NCBI GenBank assembly: GCA_963719495.1
Contig: CAVRCI010000009.1
Span: 128,001 to 192,000 of the forward strand
DNA: 64,000 bases
Direction of reading: 5' to 3'
From: an uncultured Verrucomicrobiae bacterium
GTDB taxonomy: Bacteria; Verrucomicrobiota; Verrucomicrobiia; Chthoniobacterales; JAATET01
The notes under the pieces are model-generated. The model saw only the letters and a program-made list of their open reading frames with translations. It was not told the DNA's origin and did no database searches. A program made the translations under genes and the position numbers. How positions within the stretch are numbered: the stretch's first letter is position 1; each line of letters opens with the position of its first letter. Below, piece after piece: positions 30,283 through 40,813 of the stretch.

Positions 30283-30822
30283 TTACTGGACCTTCTTGCC
30301 TTCCTTGCGGCGGACGACTTCGTCGGTGTAGCGGACACCCTTGCCCTTGTAGGGCTCCGGTGGGTAGTAGGACCGGATGTTCGCGGCGCATTGGCCGACA
30401 GACTGCTTGTCGATCCCCTCGACGGAGATTTTCGTGTTGTCGGTCACGGTGACCGTGAGGCCCGACGGGATTTCGTGATGGATGGGGTGCGAGAACCCAA
30501 GGCTTAGGTTCAACTTCGAACCCTGGACGGCGGCCTTGAAGCCGACACCCTGAATCTCGAGGTCGCGTTTGAACCCGGTGCTGACGCCGGTGATCATGTT
30601 ATTGACCAAAGCGCGGGACAGACCGTGGAGCGCGCGGACGCTGCGGGCGTCGCTTTCGCGTTCGAAGGCGGCTTTCCCGTCGGCGACGGTGAGCTTGATG
30701 GCCTTCGGCAAGGTCCACTCGAGCTTACCCTTCGGTCCTTCGACCGTGACGAGGCGATTGCTGCCTTCGGACACTTGGACCTTTTCTGGCAGGACGATTT
30801 CTTTTTTTCCGATACGTGACAT
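30283..30822 (-). CDS. rplF: 50S ribosomal protein L6
   Basis: MSRIGK, GPKGKL, PPEPYKGKGVRY. Confidence 0.97.
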   Translation of the reverse strand: MSRIGKKEIVLPEKVQVSEGSNRLVTVEGPKGKLEWTLPKAIKLTVADGKAAFERESDARSVRALHGLSRALVNNMITGVSTGFKRDLEIQGVGFKAAVQGSKLNLSLGFSHPIHHEIPSGLTVTVTDNTKISVEGIDKQSVGQCAANIRSYYPPEPYKGKGVRYTDEVVRRKEGKKVQ

Positions 30823-30856
30823 GGCTGGAATTCGTTGAGGATTCGTTTCTTCGGAA

Positions 30857-31252
30857 TTACCAGACGTAGGCGAGGAGCTCGCCGCCGACCTTCTTACGCC
30901 GCGCTTCGTGGCCGGTCATGATGCCGCTCGAAGTCGAGAGGATTGCGATACCCATGCCACCGAGAACGCGGGGAATCTCGGTCGATCCAACGTATTTGCG
31001 GAGACCGGGCTTGCTGACGCGCTTGAGGCCAACGACCGCGGACACCTTTTTGACGAACTTCGTCTGGATCTTGATGATGGGAAACTTACCGGTGGTGTCC
31101 ACCTCGTAGTCTTTGATGTAGCCCTCATCCTTGAGGATGCGGGAGAGTTCGCCCTTCATCTTGGAGAAAGGGACTTCGAAAACCGGCTTGCTGACGGCGG
31201 CTGCGTTGCGCAGGCGGGTCAGGAAGTCGGCGATTGGGTCGGATACGGTCAT
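30857..31252 (-). CDS. rpsH: 30S ribosomal protein S8
   Basis: DPIADFLTRLRN, SKPGLRKY, STSSG, GGELLAYVW. Confidence 0.97.
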   Translation of the reverse strand: MTVSDPIADFLTRLRNAAAVSKPVFEVPFSKMKGELSRILKDEGYIKDYEVDTTGKFPIIKIQTKFVKKVSAVVGLKRVSKPGLRKYVGSTEIPRVLGGMGIAILSTSSGIMTGHEARRKKVGGELLAYVW

Positions 31253-31311
31253 GATATGTGCGGCGATTCGAGCTGTGGCTCCCGGGACGAAATGCCGGGA
31301 AACCTTTCAGA

Positions 31312-31935
31312 TCAGCTTTGGGTCGCGGCCTCCTCTTCGTCTTTGGCGTCGTCGGTCTTGGCGACGGGCTCTGGTTTGGGTTTGTCCGAAAACGGCACGC
31401 CGAGTTCGATGAGTAGATCCTTCGCTTCCGCGTTGGTGGTGGCCGTCGTGACGATCGTCACGTCGAAGCCGATGTTTCGTTTGATTTTATCCAGTTCGAT
31501 CTCAGGGAAGATCGATTGATCCGAGACGCCGAGGGTGTAGTTCCCGTTGCCATCGAAGGCTTTCGGAGACACCCCGCGGAAATCGCGGATGCGCGGGAGC
31601 GACGTCTTGATGAGGCGCTCGAGGAACTCATACATCGTGCGTCCGCGGAGGGTCACCTTGGCACCGATGGCCTGGTTCTCGCGGAGCTTGAAGTTCGCGA
31701 CACTCTTCTTGGCGACGGTCTCGACCGGGCGCTGACCCGTGATCGCGGCGATTTCGTTCTTCGCGATTTCGAGGGACTCCTTCACGTCCTGAGCGGAACC
31801 CACGCAGCTGTTGATCACGACTTTCGTGACCTTCGGGATCTGGTGCGGGTTCGTGTAACCGTGCTTCTCGCGAAGCGCCGGGATGACGCGTTTGCGGTAG
31901 TCGGTGAGAATTTCTGGTTCGGCTAGAGCGGACAT
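31312..31935 (-). CDS. rplE: 50S ribosomal protein L5
   Basis: ITGQRP, AKVTLRG, LPRIRDFRG, FDGNGNY, IFPEI. Confidence 0.97.
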   Translation of the reverse strand: MSALAEPEILTDYRKRVIPALREKHGYTNPHQIPKVTKVVINSCVGSAQDVKESLEIAKNEIAAITGQRPVETVAKKSVANFKLRENQAIGAKVTLRGRTMYEFLERLIKTSLPRIRDFRGVSPKAFDGNGNYTLGVSDQSIFPEIELDKIKRNIGFDVTIVTTATTNAEAKDLLIELGVPFSDKPKPEPVAKTDDAKDEEEAATQS

Positions 31936-31941
31936 GGTCGG

Positions 31942-32214
31942 TTAAGCGGCCTTTTTTTTGTTGGTCTCGCCTTTCTCGGTGAGTTTGACGTTCGAAATGT
32001 GGATCGGACCCTCCTGCTCGAGGATCGCGCCGTTCGGCTGATCCTGAGATTTCTTGTGGGTCTTCTTGATCATACGCACGCCCTCGACGAGGACCTGCGA
32101 CTTGGTGCGAATCACCTCGAGGACTTTGCCGGTGGAGCCCTTGTGGTTCCCGGCGGTGACTTCGACGACGTCGCCGCGCTTCACGTGAAAAGTGGTTTGT
32201 GGCTTCTTGATCAT
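31942..32214 (-). CDS. rplX: 50S ribosomal protein L24
   Basis: [26 protein letters not shown]. Confidence 0.95.
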   Translation of the reverse strand: MIKKPQTTFHVKRGDVVEVTAGNHKGSTGKVLEVIRTKSQVLVEGVRMIKKTHKKSQDQPNGAILEQEGPIHISNVKLTEKGETNKKKAA

Positions 32215-32576
32215 AGGACCTCCGGAGCGAGCGAGACGATCTTCATGAAGTTCTTCTCGCGAAGTTCGCGGGCGACGGGTCCGAAGACGCGGGTGCCGCG
32301 GGGGTTGGAATCTTTGTCGATGATGACGACGGCGTTCTTGTCGAAACGCAGGACGGAACCGTCACGCCGCTTGATCGGATGGGCGGTGCGGACGACAACG
32401 GCGCGAACGACGTCACCTTTTTTGACGGCACCACCGGTCGAGGCTTCCTTGACGTTGCAGGTGATGATGTCGCCGACGCCGGCGAACTTCGTCGCCTTGC
32501 CGATGACGCCGATCATGTGAGCCCGACGAGCGCCGGTGTTGTCGGCGACTTCGATATTGGAGAGGAGCTGGATCAT
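32211..32576 (-). CDS. rplN: 50S ribosomal protein L14
   Basis: [33 protein letters not shown]. Confidence 0.97.
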   Translation of the reverse strand: MIQLLSNIEVADNTGARRAHMIGVIGKATKFAGVGDIITCNVKEASTGGAVKKGDVVRAVVVRTAHPIKRRDGSVLRFDKNAVVIIDKDSNPRGTRVFGPVARELREKNFMKIVSLAPEVL

Positions 32577-32583
32577 TGGATAA

Positions 32584-32859
32584 TCAGTGCTGAATGACCT
32601 CGACCAAGCGCCAGCGCTTCAAGCGACTGAGCGGGCGGGTTTCGGCGATCACGACGCGGTCACCTTCCTTGGCCTCGTTTTTCTCGTCGTGAGCGTGGAA
32701 CTTGGCGGTGCGTTTGATGATCTTACCGAACCGGGGATGCGGAACGCGGCTGGTCGTCATGACGACGATCGTCTTGTCCATTTTGTCGGAGGTGACGATA
32801 CCGATCTGCGTCTTGCGCAGCGGGCGGGTCGGGGATTCGAGGGTGGCTTCTTCGCTCAT
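32584..32859 (-). CDS. rpsQ: 30S ribosomal protein S17
   Basis: [27 protein letters not shown]. Confidence 0.97.
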   Translation of the reverse strand: MSEEATLESPTRPLRKTQIGIVTSDKMDKTIVVMTTSRVPHPRFGKIIKRTAKFHAHDEKNEAKEGDRVVIAETRPLSRLKRWRLVEVIQH

Positions 32860-32862
32860 GGC

Positions 32863-33066
32863 TTAGTTGGCGGTGGCGGCTTTCGACTTCTCCACGATCA
32901 CGGCTTCGACCCGCGCGACGTTGCGGCGGATTTCCTTGATCAGGTGGGGTTTCTCGAGCTGTCCGCCCTGTTGCTGAATGCGCAGATTGAACGCTTCCTG
33001 CTGGAACTCGCGTTTGCGAGTGGCCAGCTCCTGGAGAGTCATCTCGCGGGCTTCTTGAATTTTCAT
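32863..33066 (-). CDS. rpmC: 50S ribosomal protein L29
   Basis: MKIQEAREMT..EL, FNLRIQ..GQLEKPH.IKEIRRNVAR. Confidence 0.93.
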   Translation of the reverse strand: MKIQEAREMTLQELATRKREFQQEAFNLRIQQQGGQLEKPHLIKEIRRNVARVEAVIVEKSKAATAN

Positions 33067-33079
33067 CGTATCGTTAAAA

Positions 33080-33496
33080 TTAGGCGTGGTGCCGGGAGAG
33101 GAACCGCGTGCGGACCGGCAGCTTGTTGGCGGCGAGGCGCAGGCACTCCTTGGCGAGCGACTCGGGCACGCCAGCAAGCTCGAAGAGGACGTTGCCCGGG
33201 CGGACCGTGGCGACCCAGTATTCCGGCTGGCCCTTACCCTTACCCATGCGGGTCTCCGGTGGGCGCTTGGTGACGGACTTGTCAGGAAAGATCCGGATCC
33301 AGAGTTTGCCTTTACGCTTCATGTGGCGGTTCATCGCAACACGGGCGGCTTCAATCTGGGTATTCGTGATCCAGGCGCGCTCCAGAGTTTGGAGTCCGTA
33401 TTCGCCGAAATCAATCGAGAGACAGCGGGACGCGTTTCCTTTTCGGCTGCCGCGCTGCGACTTCCGATACTTCACGCGTTTGGGCATCATTGGCAT
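33080..33496 (-). CDS. rplP: 50S ribosomal protein L16
   Basis: [26 protein letters not shown]. Confidence 0.97.
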   Translation of the reverse strand: MPMMPKRVKYRKSQRGSRKGNASRCLSIDFGEYGLQTLERAWITNTQIEAARVAMNRHMKRKGKLWIRIFPDKSVTKRPPETRMGKGKGQPEYWVATVRPGNVLFELAGVPESLAKECLRLAANKLPVRTRFLSRHHA

Positions 33497-33547
33497 CTCA
33501 GTATCCTCCTAAAAATTCTATGGTTTCGATGGGTTCGCCGGTCGCGA

Positions 33548-34231
33548 TCAGACAGCGGCGACGGGTTCAGGAGCTGGCGGCGGAACCGCTGGCTTCTCTT
33601 CTTCCTTCTCAGCGGGCTTCACGACCCAGCACTTCACACCGATCTTCCCGGCGGTCGTGTCGGCTTCGCAGAAACCGTAGTCGATCGGCTGGCGGAGCGT
33701 GTGAAGTGGGATGGTTCCCTCGCGATACCACTCGGTGCGGGCGATTTCCGATCCGCCGAGGCGGCCGGAGATGCGGACCTTGATGCCCTCGGCACCCATG
33801 TCCATGCCGGTCTGAACCGAGCGTTTCATGGCGCGGCGGAACGAGATGCGGCGGGCGAGCTGGCTCGCGACGTTCTCGGCAACGAGCTGCGCGTCGATCT
33901 CGGGTTTCTTGATTTCGATGATGTCGATCTTGACCTGTTTGCCGCCAGCGATGTTGGCGATCTCCTGGGTCATGATTTCGATCTCGGAACCCTTTCGGCC
34001 AATGACGACCCCCGGGCGGGCGGTGAAGATCGTGATGCGGACCGTATTCCAAGCGCGCTCGATGAGAATCTTCGACATCGCGGCCGTCTTGAGACGGTTC
34101 TCGAGGAATTTGCGGATCTTCGCGTCGATGAAAATGAATTCGCTGAGCTCCTTCTTGGAAGCATACCACTTCGACTTCCAGTCACGAGTGACCGGGAGGC
34201 GGAATCCGATTGGGTTGACTTTCTGTCCCAT
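33548..34231 (-). CDS. rpsC: 30S ribosomal protein S3
   Basis: MGQKVNPIGFR, RPGVVIGRKG, GRLGGSEIAR, PLHTLR. Confidence 0.97.
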   Translation of the reverse strand: MGQKVNPIGFRLPVTRDWKSKWYASKKELSEFIFIDAKIRKFLENRLKTAAMSKILIERAWNTVRITIFTARPGVVIGRKGSEIEIMTQEIANIAGGKQVKIDIIEIKKPEIDAQLVAENVASQLARRISFRRAMKRSVQTGMDMGAEGIKVRISGRLGGSEIARTEWYREGTIPLHTLRQPIDYGFCEADTTAGKIGVKCWVVKPAEKEEEKPAVPPPAPEPVAAV

Positions 34232-34234
34232 AAC

Positions 34235-34717
34235 TTAGCTTTTGGTCTCCTCGGCGACGACTTCCGTCTCCGTGGTCGGCTCGGCGGCTGGAGGCTGCTC
34301 GTCCTTCGTTTCTTTCTTCGATTTTGGCGTCTTGGCGGTCGACGTCTTCTTCTTGGCACCCTTGGGCTCACGGCGGACGATTTCGATCTCGTCGGTGAGG
34401 GTGATCTTGATGTGGGCGGTCCGCTTGCGGATCGGGCCGGCACTACCGCGGGCCTTCGGACGAAAACGCTTGAGGGTCGGGCCTTCGCCGACGACGGCTT
34501 CCTTCACCACGAGGCTTTCGGTGCGCAGGTTGTTGTTGTTTTCGGCGTTCGCGATGGCACTCTTGAGCGTCTTGACGATGAGCACCGCGGCCTTCTTCGG
34601 CGTGAATTGGAGAAGACTGAGCGCGTCCACGGCGGGAAGACCCTGGATCTCCTTGGTCACCTCGCGGGCCTTGAAGGCCGAGATCTTCGCGTAGCGATAT
34701 GTCGATTGAACCTGCAT
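34235..34717 (-). CDS. rplV: 50S ribosomal protein L22 with a C-terminal extension
   Basis: KSAIANAENN, GPTLKRFRPKARG, KRTAHI. Confidence 0.96.
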   Translation of the reverse strand: MQVQSTYRYAKISAFKAREVTKEIQGLPAVDALSLLQFTPKKAAVLIVKTLKSAIANAENNNNLRTESLVVKEAVVGEGPTLKRFRPKARGSAGPIRKRTAHIKITLTDEIEIVRREPKGAKKKTSTAKTPKSKKETKDEQPPAAEPTTETEVVAEETKS

Positions 34718-34750
34718 GAATGTTTTCGTTTGAGTGTCTAAAAAATTGGT

Positions 34751-35539
34751 CTAATTCCGGGCGTCGACCCGGAGTTGGTCCCCGATTCGGATCGGGTTCT
34801 TGTCGTTCTCTAAATTCTGAATCACCGCTCCGCTGATCGCTTCCCGCACGTCGACCACTTTGACCTGGCCGACTCGGTTGCCGTCCCGCCACACCTCGAA
34901 AGGCATGCCGATTTTGACTCCCTGCTTGTCCCCGACGTTGGCGACCACGAGGGAGAATTCGTCCTTGAGTTCGACGACCATCCCATCGGAGAGGCTAGCG
35001 GCGAAGGGAGTCGCGGGGACCGCTTCGGGAGCGGATCCAAGCAATTCCTTCGCCTTCCGAAGTTGCGTTTCCGCTGCCATTCGGGCATCAGCCGGAATTT
35101 CGCGGGCAGATTGGATAAGGGTTAGGACGGTCTCTGTCAACTCGATCAATTGAGTTTGCAGCTCGGCGTTCTCTTTTTTCGCAAGTCGCAGGTCCCGGAC
35201 TGCGGCGATGAGCCGTTGCTCGATCTTCGACGTGTTGCCATCGAGTCCGTCGATCCCGAGCGCCTGCAGCTTGAGCGAGAGTTCCTCGGATTGCCGCTTG
35301 AACATCTCGGCCTCGCTGTTCGCGCTGGCGAGACTGCTCGTGAGAACCTTCACACTGTTTTGCAACAACAGAAGGCGCTCGTAAATCGGTGCGTCGCCCG
35401 TGAACGTGTCGGTCCGGCCGCCCGCAATCACTTGCGGGACGCCTGATTCAGAATTTCTCAAAGATCGATTGTCTTGTCCGTTGACGGGATACGTCAGCGA
35501 AAAGACGCAGAGGCCTGCCACGGTTGCGGCAAGTTTCAT
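34751..35539 (-). CDS. Secreted coiled-coil protein with a C-terminal small beta-barrel (FlgT-C-like), inside the S10 operon
   Basis: Signal-like N-terminus, heptad-rich middle, VVANVGDKQGVKIGMPFEVWR...VKVVDV...IRIGD; 6 bp after the rpsS stop. Confidence 0.8.
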   Translation of the reverse strand: MKLAATVAGLCVFSLTYPVNGQDNRSLRNSESGVPQVIAGGRTDTFTGDAPIYERLLLLQNSVKVLTSSLASANSEAEMFKRQSEELSLKLQALGIDGLDGNTSKIEQRLIAAVRDLRLAKKENAELQTQLIELTETVLTLIQSAREIPADARMAAETQLRKAKELLGSAPEAVPATPFAASLSDGMVVELKDEFSLVVANVGDKQGVKIGMPFEVWRDGNRVGQVKVVDVREAISGAVIQNLENDKNPIRIGDQLRVDARN

Positions 35540-35545
35540 CCTCCG

Positions 35546-35824
35546 TTATTTGCTCACCTTGGCGGTGTGAGATCCGTGCCGTTTGAAGATTCGCGTCGGC
35601 GAAAATTCTCCCAGCTTGTGGCCAACCATGTTCTCGGTGACGAACACCGGGATGAAGGTTTTGCCGTTGTGGGTGTTGAAAGTGTGGCCGACGAAATCGG
35701 GAGTGATCGTCGAGCGCCGGGCCCAGGTCTTGATGGGCTTTTTGGTGTTCGCGTCGTTGAGCTTGTCGATTTTCTCGAGCAGCTTGAGGTCGACGTAGGG
35801 GCCTTTTTTGAGTGAACGGGACAT
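35546..35824 (-). CDS. rpsS: 30S ribosomal protein S19
   Basis: [28 protein letters not shown]. Confidence 0.98.
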   Translation of the reverse strand: MSRSLKKGPYVDLKLLEKIDKLNDANTKKPIKTWARRSTITPDFVGHTFNTHNGKTFIPVFVTENMVGHKLGEFSPTRIFKRHGSHTAKVSK

Positions 35825-35833
35825 GATGCGGGA

Positions 35834-36685
35834 TTACTTGGACTTCGACTTGTTCTTGCGACGTTCGACGATGAAACGATCCGACGGCTTGTTCTTCGTG
35901 CGGGTCTTGAAGCCCTTGGCGAGCTGACCCCACGGGCTGACCGGATGCTGGCGACCGCCACCACCCTTGGACTTACCGTTACCGCCACCGTTGGGGTGAT
36001 CGATCGGGTTCATGACCATACCACGAACGTGCGGGCGCTTGCCGAGCCAACGGGAGCGTCCGGCCTTACCGCTGGAAACGTTCTCGTGGTCGGTGTTGCC
36101 GACCTGGCCGATCGTGGCGTAGCACTCGACGTGAATGCGGCGGAGTTCGCCGGATCCCAGTTTTACGTTGGCGTAATCGCCTTCGCGACTCGCGATGACA
36201 GCTCCAGTGCCGGCGCTGCGCATCAACTGAGCGCCGCGGCCCGGGATGAGCTCGAGATTGTGAATGGTGACGCCGAGCGGGACGAGGCGCAGTGGCATCG
36301 CGTTGCCGGGCTTCGGCGGAGCTTTCTCACCCGCGGTCACCTTGTCGCCGGCGGTCACGCCGACGGGTGCCAGAATGTAGGTCTTCTCGCCGCTAGGATA
36401 TTGGAGCAGAGCGATGCGGGCCGAGCGATTGGGATCGTATTCGATGCCGATCACGTCGGCGACGACGTCGCGGATCTTGCGCTTGAAATCGATCTCCCGG
36501 TAACGGCGCTTGTGCCCGCCGCCACGGTGGCGCGAAGTCATCCGACCGTTGTTGTTGCGGCCGCCCGATTTCTTGAGTTTGCGGAGAAGGCTCTTCTCCG
36601 GCTCGGATTTGGTGATCTCCGCGAAGTCCGGCAGCGCCTTGAAGCGGCTGGCTGGAGTGAGCGGTCGAAATGTTTTGAGTCCCAT
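35834..36685 (-). CDS. rplB: 50S ribosomal protein L2
   Basis: [33 protein letters not shown]. Confidence 0.98.
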   Translation of the reverse strand: MGLKTFRPLTPASRFKALPDFAEITKSEPEKSLLRKLKKSGGRNNNGRMTSRHRGGGHKRRYREIDFKRKIRDVVADVIGIEYDPNRSARIALLQYPSGEKTYILAPVGVTAGDKVTAGEKAPPKPGNAMPLRLVPLGVTIHNLELIPGRGAQLMRSAGTGAVIASREGDYANVKLGSGELRRIHVECYATIGQVGNTDHENVSSGKAGRSRWLGKRPHVRGMVMNPIDHPNGGGNGKSKGGGGRQHPVSPWGQLAKGFKTRTKNKPSDRFIVERRKNKSKSK

Positions 36686-36702
36686 GGCTAGTATCCCGTC
36701 GC

Positions 36703-36987
36703 TTAGACGAGGTCGAGTTTGTCGCCTTCTTTCAAGGTGACGATGGCTTTTTTCCAGTGAGCACGGCGACCGAAGTCGGCGCGACGCTCGCGCTTCTTTT
36801 TGCCGTCGTAGTTCATGGTATTGACGGACGTCACCGACTTCTTGAAGAGCACCTCGACGGCGCGCTTGATCTCGAGCTTGTTGGCGGTCTTGCTGACGCG
36901 GAAGACGTATTTGTTCTGCGTCTCGGAGAGAAGCGTCGCCTTCTCCGTGAGCAGGATGGTTTGGATGGTGTCGTGGATCGTGCTCAT
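36703..36987 (-). CDS. rplW: 50S ribosomal protein L23
   Basis: [24 protein letters not shown]. Confidence 0.96.
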   Translation of the reverse strand: MSTIHDTIQTILLTEKATLLSETQNKYVFRVSKTANKLEIKRAVEVLFKKSVTSVNTMNYDGKKKRERRADFGRRAHWKKAIVTLKEGDKLDLV

Positions 36988-37601
36988 GCTGCGAGTCGTT
37001 CGGAGATTTTCTGGATACCGTCGCGGGTGACGATGATTTTGTCGAAAGCGAGGAGCTGCTCGGTGTTTACATCGGAGGCAACCACGAGCTGGGTCGACTT
37101 GACGTTGCGACCGGCCTTGTAGGTCGTCTCGTCGAAGCTGGCTCCGATCACGAGCGTCTTCTTCGCGCCGGTGAAAGCGTCATTCACGAGGGAAACGAAT
37201 CCCTTGGTCTTGAGCTCGGCGACCGCGAAGTTCTCGACGATGAGAACGTCGCCGTCCTTGATCCGCTCGCTGAACGCCTTGCGAAAGGCGAGCTTCTTGA
37301 CAGCTTTCGGCACGTTCTTCGTGTAATCACGAGGACGCGGACCGTGAGCGGTGCCACCACCGGTCCAAATCGGCGAGGACTTGTAGCCGGCGCGGGCGCG
37401 ACCGGTTCCCTTTTGGCGCCAAGGCTTGGCACCGGATCCAGCGACTTCGCCCTTGGTCTTCGTCTTGGCGGTGCCGCTACGGCGGGCCGCCTGGATGGCG
37501 ACGACGACGTCGTGGACGGCCTGATTGCCTTTTTTCGCGTCCGTGATGAGGACGATATTGGCTTGTTCCGCGTCGGCGGAGGTAAACGTAGGTGCGCTCA
37601 T
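36984..37601 (-). CDS. rplD: 50S ribosomal protein L4
   Basis: [24 protein letters not shown]. Confidence 0.97.
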   Translation of the reverse strand: MSAPTFTSADAEQANIVLITDAKKGNQAVHDVVVAIQAARRSGTAKTKTKGEVAGSGAKPWRQKGTGRARAGYKSSPIWTGGGTAHGPRPRDYTKNVPKAVKKLAFRKAFSERIKDGDVLIVENFAVAELKTKGFVSLVNDAFTGAKKTLVIGASFDETTYKAGRNVKSTQLVVASDVNTEQLLAFDKIIVTRDGIQKISERLAA

Positions 37602-37602
37602 C

Positions 37603-38253
37603 TTAGTCCTTCTTCACTTTGGCTTTTTTGATCGACGGGCGGACCACCACGTAGGAGCCCTTCGCGCCGGGAACGGCTCCGCTCACGAGGAGCAGATTGT
37701 CTTCCTCGCGGACCTGAACGATCTTGAGATTCTGAGTCGTGATGCGGTCGTCGCCCATGTGGCCGGGCATCTTGGTGTTCTTCCAGACGAGGCCTGGCGT
37801 CGAACCCGCGCCGACCGAACCGGTGCGGCGATGCATGGTGTGACCGTGCGAGGCGGGCTGACCCGCAAAGTTGTGGCGCTTGATGGGGCCTTGAAAACCC
37901 TTGCCCTTGGACTGGCCGACGACGTCGACCCACTGTCCGACCTCGAAGGTGGTCACGGGAAGGTCGACACTCTCCGGGGCGGCTTCACCGTCCTTCAAGC
38001 GGAATTCCTTGATGAAGCGCTTGGGCGTCGAATCGGTTTTGCCGAAGTGACCGAGCTGCGCTTTCGTCACGCGCTGGGGCTTCTGGTCGTCGAAACCAAC
38101 CTGAATGGCGGTGTAACCATCCTTGTCGGCGTCGCGGACCGCGAGCACGCGGTTGCCGCCCGCCGCGATGACGGTCACGGTAATGGCGTTCCCGGCATCG
38201 TCGTAGATGCGGGTCATGCCGAGTTTTTTTCCTAGGAGTCCGATGCTGCTCAT
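37603..38253 (-). CDS. rplC: 50S ribosomal protein L3
   Basis: GKKLGMT, DGYTAIQ, SKGKGFQG, MPGHMG, GAVPG. Confidence 0.97.
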   Translation of the reverse strand: MSSIGLLGKKLGMTRIYDDAGNAITVTVIAAGGNRVLAVRDADKDGYTAIQVGFDDQKPQRVTKAQLGHFGKTDSTPKRFIKEFRLKDGEAAPESVDLPVTTFEVGQWVDVVGQSKGKGFQGPIKRHNFAGQPASHGHTMHRRTGSVGAGSTPGLVWKNTKMPGHMGDDRITTQNLKIVQVREEDNLLLVSGAVPGAKGSYVVVRPSIKKAKVKKD

Positions 38254-38270
38254 GGTTCGCGTTCTCTGGG

Positions 38271-38582
38271 TCAGATCTTGATGGTGATGTCCACGCCGGC
38301 TGGGAGGTTGAGCTTACGCAGCTCGTCGACGGTCTTGGCGGTCGGCTCGACGATGTCGAGAAGGCGCTTGTGGGTGCGGATTTCGAACTGGTCCATCGAC
38401 TTTTTATCGACGTGGGGCGAGCGGTTCACGGTGAACTTCTCGATGCGAGTGGGCAGCGGGATGGGTCCGGTGACCTTACTGCCGGTGCGTTTGGCCGTCT
38501 CCACGATCTCGAGCGCCGAGGCGTCGATGATCCGGTGATCGAAGCCCTTGAGGCGAATACGAATTTTTTGACCGTTCTGCAT
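38271..38582 (-). CDS. rpsJ: 30S ribosomal protein S10
   Basis: [31 protein letters not shown]. Confidence 0.98.
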   Translation of the reverse strand: MQNGQKIRIRLKGFDHRIIDASALEIVETAKRTGSKVTGPIPLPTRIEKFTVNRSPHVDKKSMDQFEIRTHKRLLDIVEPTAKTVDELRKLNLPAGVDITIKI

Positions 38583-38594
38583 GTGAATTAGAGC

Positions 38595-40769
38595 TTAGTA
38601 ATTTTGATCGAGAATCGAAGTGAGGACCTGGGGCGGGACGGGCTCGAAGTGGGATGGCTGCATCGAGTAGGACGAGCGGCCCTTCGAAAGGGAGCGGATC
38701 GCAGTAGCGTAGCCAAACATCTCGGCGAGGGGGACCTGAGCCTCGACCGTGGTGAGAATCCCCTTGGTCTCCATCCCTTGGATGTGCGCGCGGCGGCGGT
38801 TGAGGTCGCCGATGATGTCACCCTGAAATTCGTCGGGCGTAATGTTTTCGACTTTCATCACGGGCTCGAGGACAACCGGGCTGGCGTTTTTGATCGCATC
38901 CTTCATCGCGAAGATCGCGGCGAGCTGGAAGGCCATGTCGTTCGAGTCGACTTCGTGGAAGCTGCCGTCGACCAGTTCGACGTGGAGGTCGACGACCGGG
39001 TAGCTGGCGATGACGCCATTGGTCATCCCTTCCCCGAGGCCCTTGAGAACCGCGGGGATGAACTCCTTGGGAATCGTGCCTCCGGTGATCTGGTTGTCGA
39101 CCGTGTAGCCCTTGCCGCGCTCGTTCGGACGGACCTTGATGACGACGTGGCCGTATTGGCCCTTGCCGCCGGACTGGCGAATGAGTTTGCCCTCGCCGTC
39201 GGCGTTGGCGGTGATGGTCTCGCGGTAGGCGATCTGCGGCTTGCCGGCGTTCGCCTGGACCTTGAACTCACGGAGGAGCCGGTCGCGAATGATCTCGAGG
39301 TGAAGCTCACCCATCCCGGCGATGATCGTTTGACCGGTCTCTTCGGCGGTCGAAACGCGGAAGGTGGGATCTTCTTCGGCAAGGCGCGCGAGGCCGACGC
39401 TCATCTTGTCGGAGTCGGCCTTCGTCTTCGGCTCGATGGCCATCGAAATGACCGGGTCGGGGAAGGACGGTGGGATCAGGAAAACGGAACGCTTTTCGGC
39501 GCAGAGGGTGTCGCCGGTCTGGACGTTCTTCAGCCCGACGATCGCGGCGATGTCCCCGGCGTAGCAGACGTCGACGTCCTCGCGCTTGTCGGCTTGGATC
39601 TGGATCAGACGGCTCACGCGCTCGCGCTTGCCGGTGCGGGGGTTGTAAACATTGTCGCCCTTGGCGAGCTTCCCGGCGTAAACGCGGAAGAAAACGAGTT
39701 TACCAACGAACGGATCGCTCCAAAGTTTGAAAGCGAGCGAGCAGAAAGGGGCATTGTCGTCGGTCGCGATGAGGACCTGCTCGTCGGTCGCGGGGTCCTG
39801 GGCCTCGGCGGCGGGGACGTCGAGCGGGCTCGGGAGGTAATCGACGACGGCGTCGAGGAGAAATTGGATTCCCTTGTTCTTGAAGGCCGAGCCTCCGGCG
39901 ACGGGGACGAAGCGATTGAGAATCGTCTGACGACGGATGGCGGCTTTGAGGTCCTGCTTGGTGATTTCCTCTTCGGCGAGGAACTTGGCACCAATCTCCT
40001 CGTCGAGATCGCACATCCGCTCGAGGAGCGCCTCGTAAGCGAGAGCGGCCATGCCCTTGAGATCGGACGGGATGTCCTGAATCTCGTAGGTCGATCCGAG
40101 CAGGTCGTTGTCGGAGTAGACGACGGCTTTCTGGTTGAGCACGTCGATCTGGCCGCGGAGAGTTTCCTCCTTGCCGAGCGGGATGAGCACCGGGAGGCAA
40201 TTCGCGCCGAGCTTCGAGCGCATGCTCTCCATCGCGGCGTCGAAATCGGCACCGGTGCGGTCCATCTTGTTGACGAAAGCAATGCGCGGAACGAGGTATT
40301 TGTCGGCTTGACGCCAGACGGTCTCCGACTGTGGTTGGACGCCGGCGACACCGCAGAAAACGGCAATCGCGCCGTCGAGCACGCGGAGCGAGCGCTCGAC
40401 CTCGGCCGTGAAGTCCACGTGGCCAGGGGTGTCGATAATGTTGATCCGTTGATCCTCGTCTTCGAATGCCTTGTAGATCCCGCCCTGCTCGGCGCGCTGG
40501 AGCCAGTGGCAGGTCGTCGCGGCGGACGTGATCGTGATGCCGCGTTCGCGCTCCTGCTCCATCCAATCGGTGACCGTCGTGCCCTCGTGGACCTCGCCGA
40601 TCTTGTGGATCATTCCCGTGTAGAAAAGGATGCGCTCGGTGAGAGTCGTCTTGCCGGCGTCGATGTGCGCGGCGATGCCGATGTTGCGCGTGCGCTGCAA
40701 CGGATAAGCGCGATCGGGCGAATTGGGATTCGCAATCTCGATCGGTTCGTCCTGGAGCATGGCTGGCAT
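38595..40769 (-). CDS. fusA: Elongation factor G
   Basis: AHIDAGKTT, ERGITI, DTPGHVDF, NKMD, GMGELHL, RQSGGKGQYG. Confidence 0.98.
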   Translation of the reverse strand: MPAMLQDEPIEIANPNSPDRAYPLQRTRNIGIAAHIDAGKTTLTERILFYTGMIHKIGEVHEGTTVTDWMEQERERGITITSAATTCHWLQRAEQGGIYKAFEDEDQRINIIDTPGHVDFTAEVERSLRVLDGAIAVFCGVAGVQPQSETVWRQADKYLVPRIAFVNKMDRTGADFDAAMESMRSKLGANCLPVLIPLGKEETLRGQIDVLNQKAVVYSDNDLLGSTYEIQDIPSDLKGMAALAYEALLERMCDLDEEIGAKFLAEEEITKQDLKAAIRRQTILNRFVPVAGGSAFKNKGIQFLLDAVVDYLPSPLDVPAAEAQDPATDEQVLIATDDNAPFCSLAFKLWSDPFVGKLVFFRVYAGKLAKGDNVYNPRTGKRERVSRLIQIQADKREDVDVCYAGDIAAIVGLKNVQTGDTLCAEKRSVFLIPPSFPDPVISMAIEPKTKADSDKMSVGLARLAEEDPTFRVSTAEETGQTIIAGMGELHLEIIRDRLLREFKVQANAGKPQIAYRETITANADGEGKLIRQSGGKGQYGHVVIKVRPNERGKGYTVDNQITGGTIPKEFIPAVLKGLGEGMTNGVIASYPVVDLHVELVDGSFHEVDSNDMAFQLAAIFAMKDAIKNASPVVLEPVMKVENITPDEFQGDIIGDLNRRRAHIQGMETKGILTTVEAQVPLAEMFGYATAIRSLSKGRSSYSMQPSHFEPVPPQVLTSILDQNY

Positions 40770-40813
40770 CGGGATGGGTTGAAAATTCGGGGTTCGAGTA
40801 GCGGCGCGGGGGG

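Noticed and set aside
31253..31311. Possible rpsN (S14) relic between rplE and rpsH
   Set aside because: Only a weak FVPGAT similarity in 59 bp; better explained as a small hairpin
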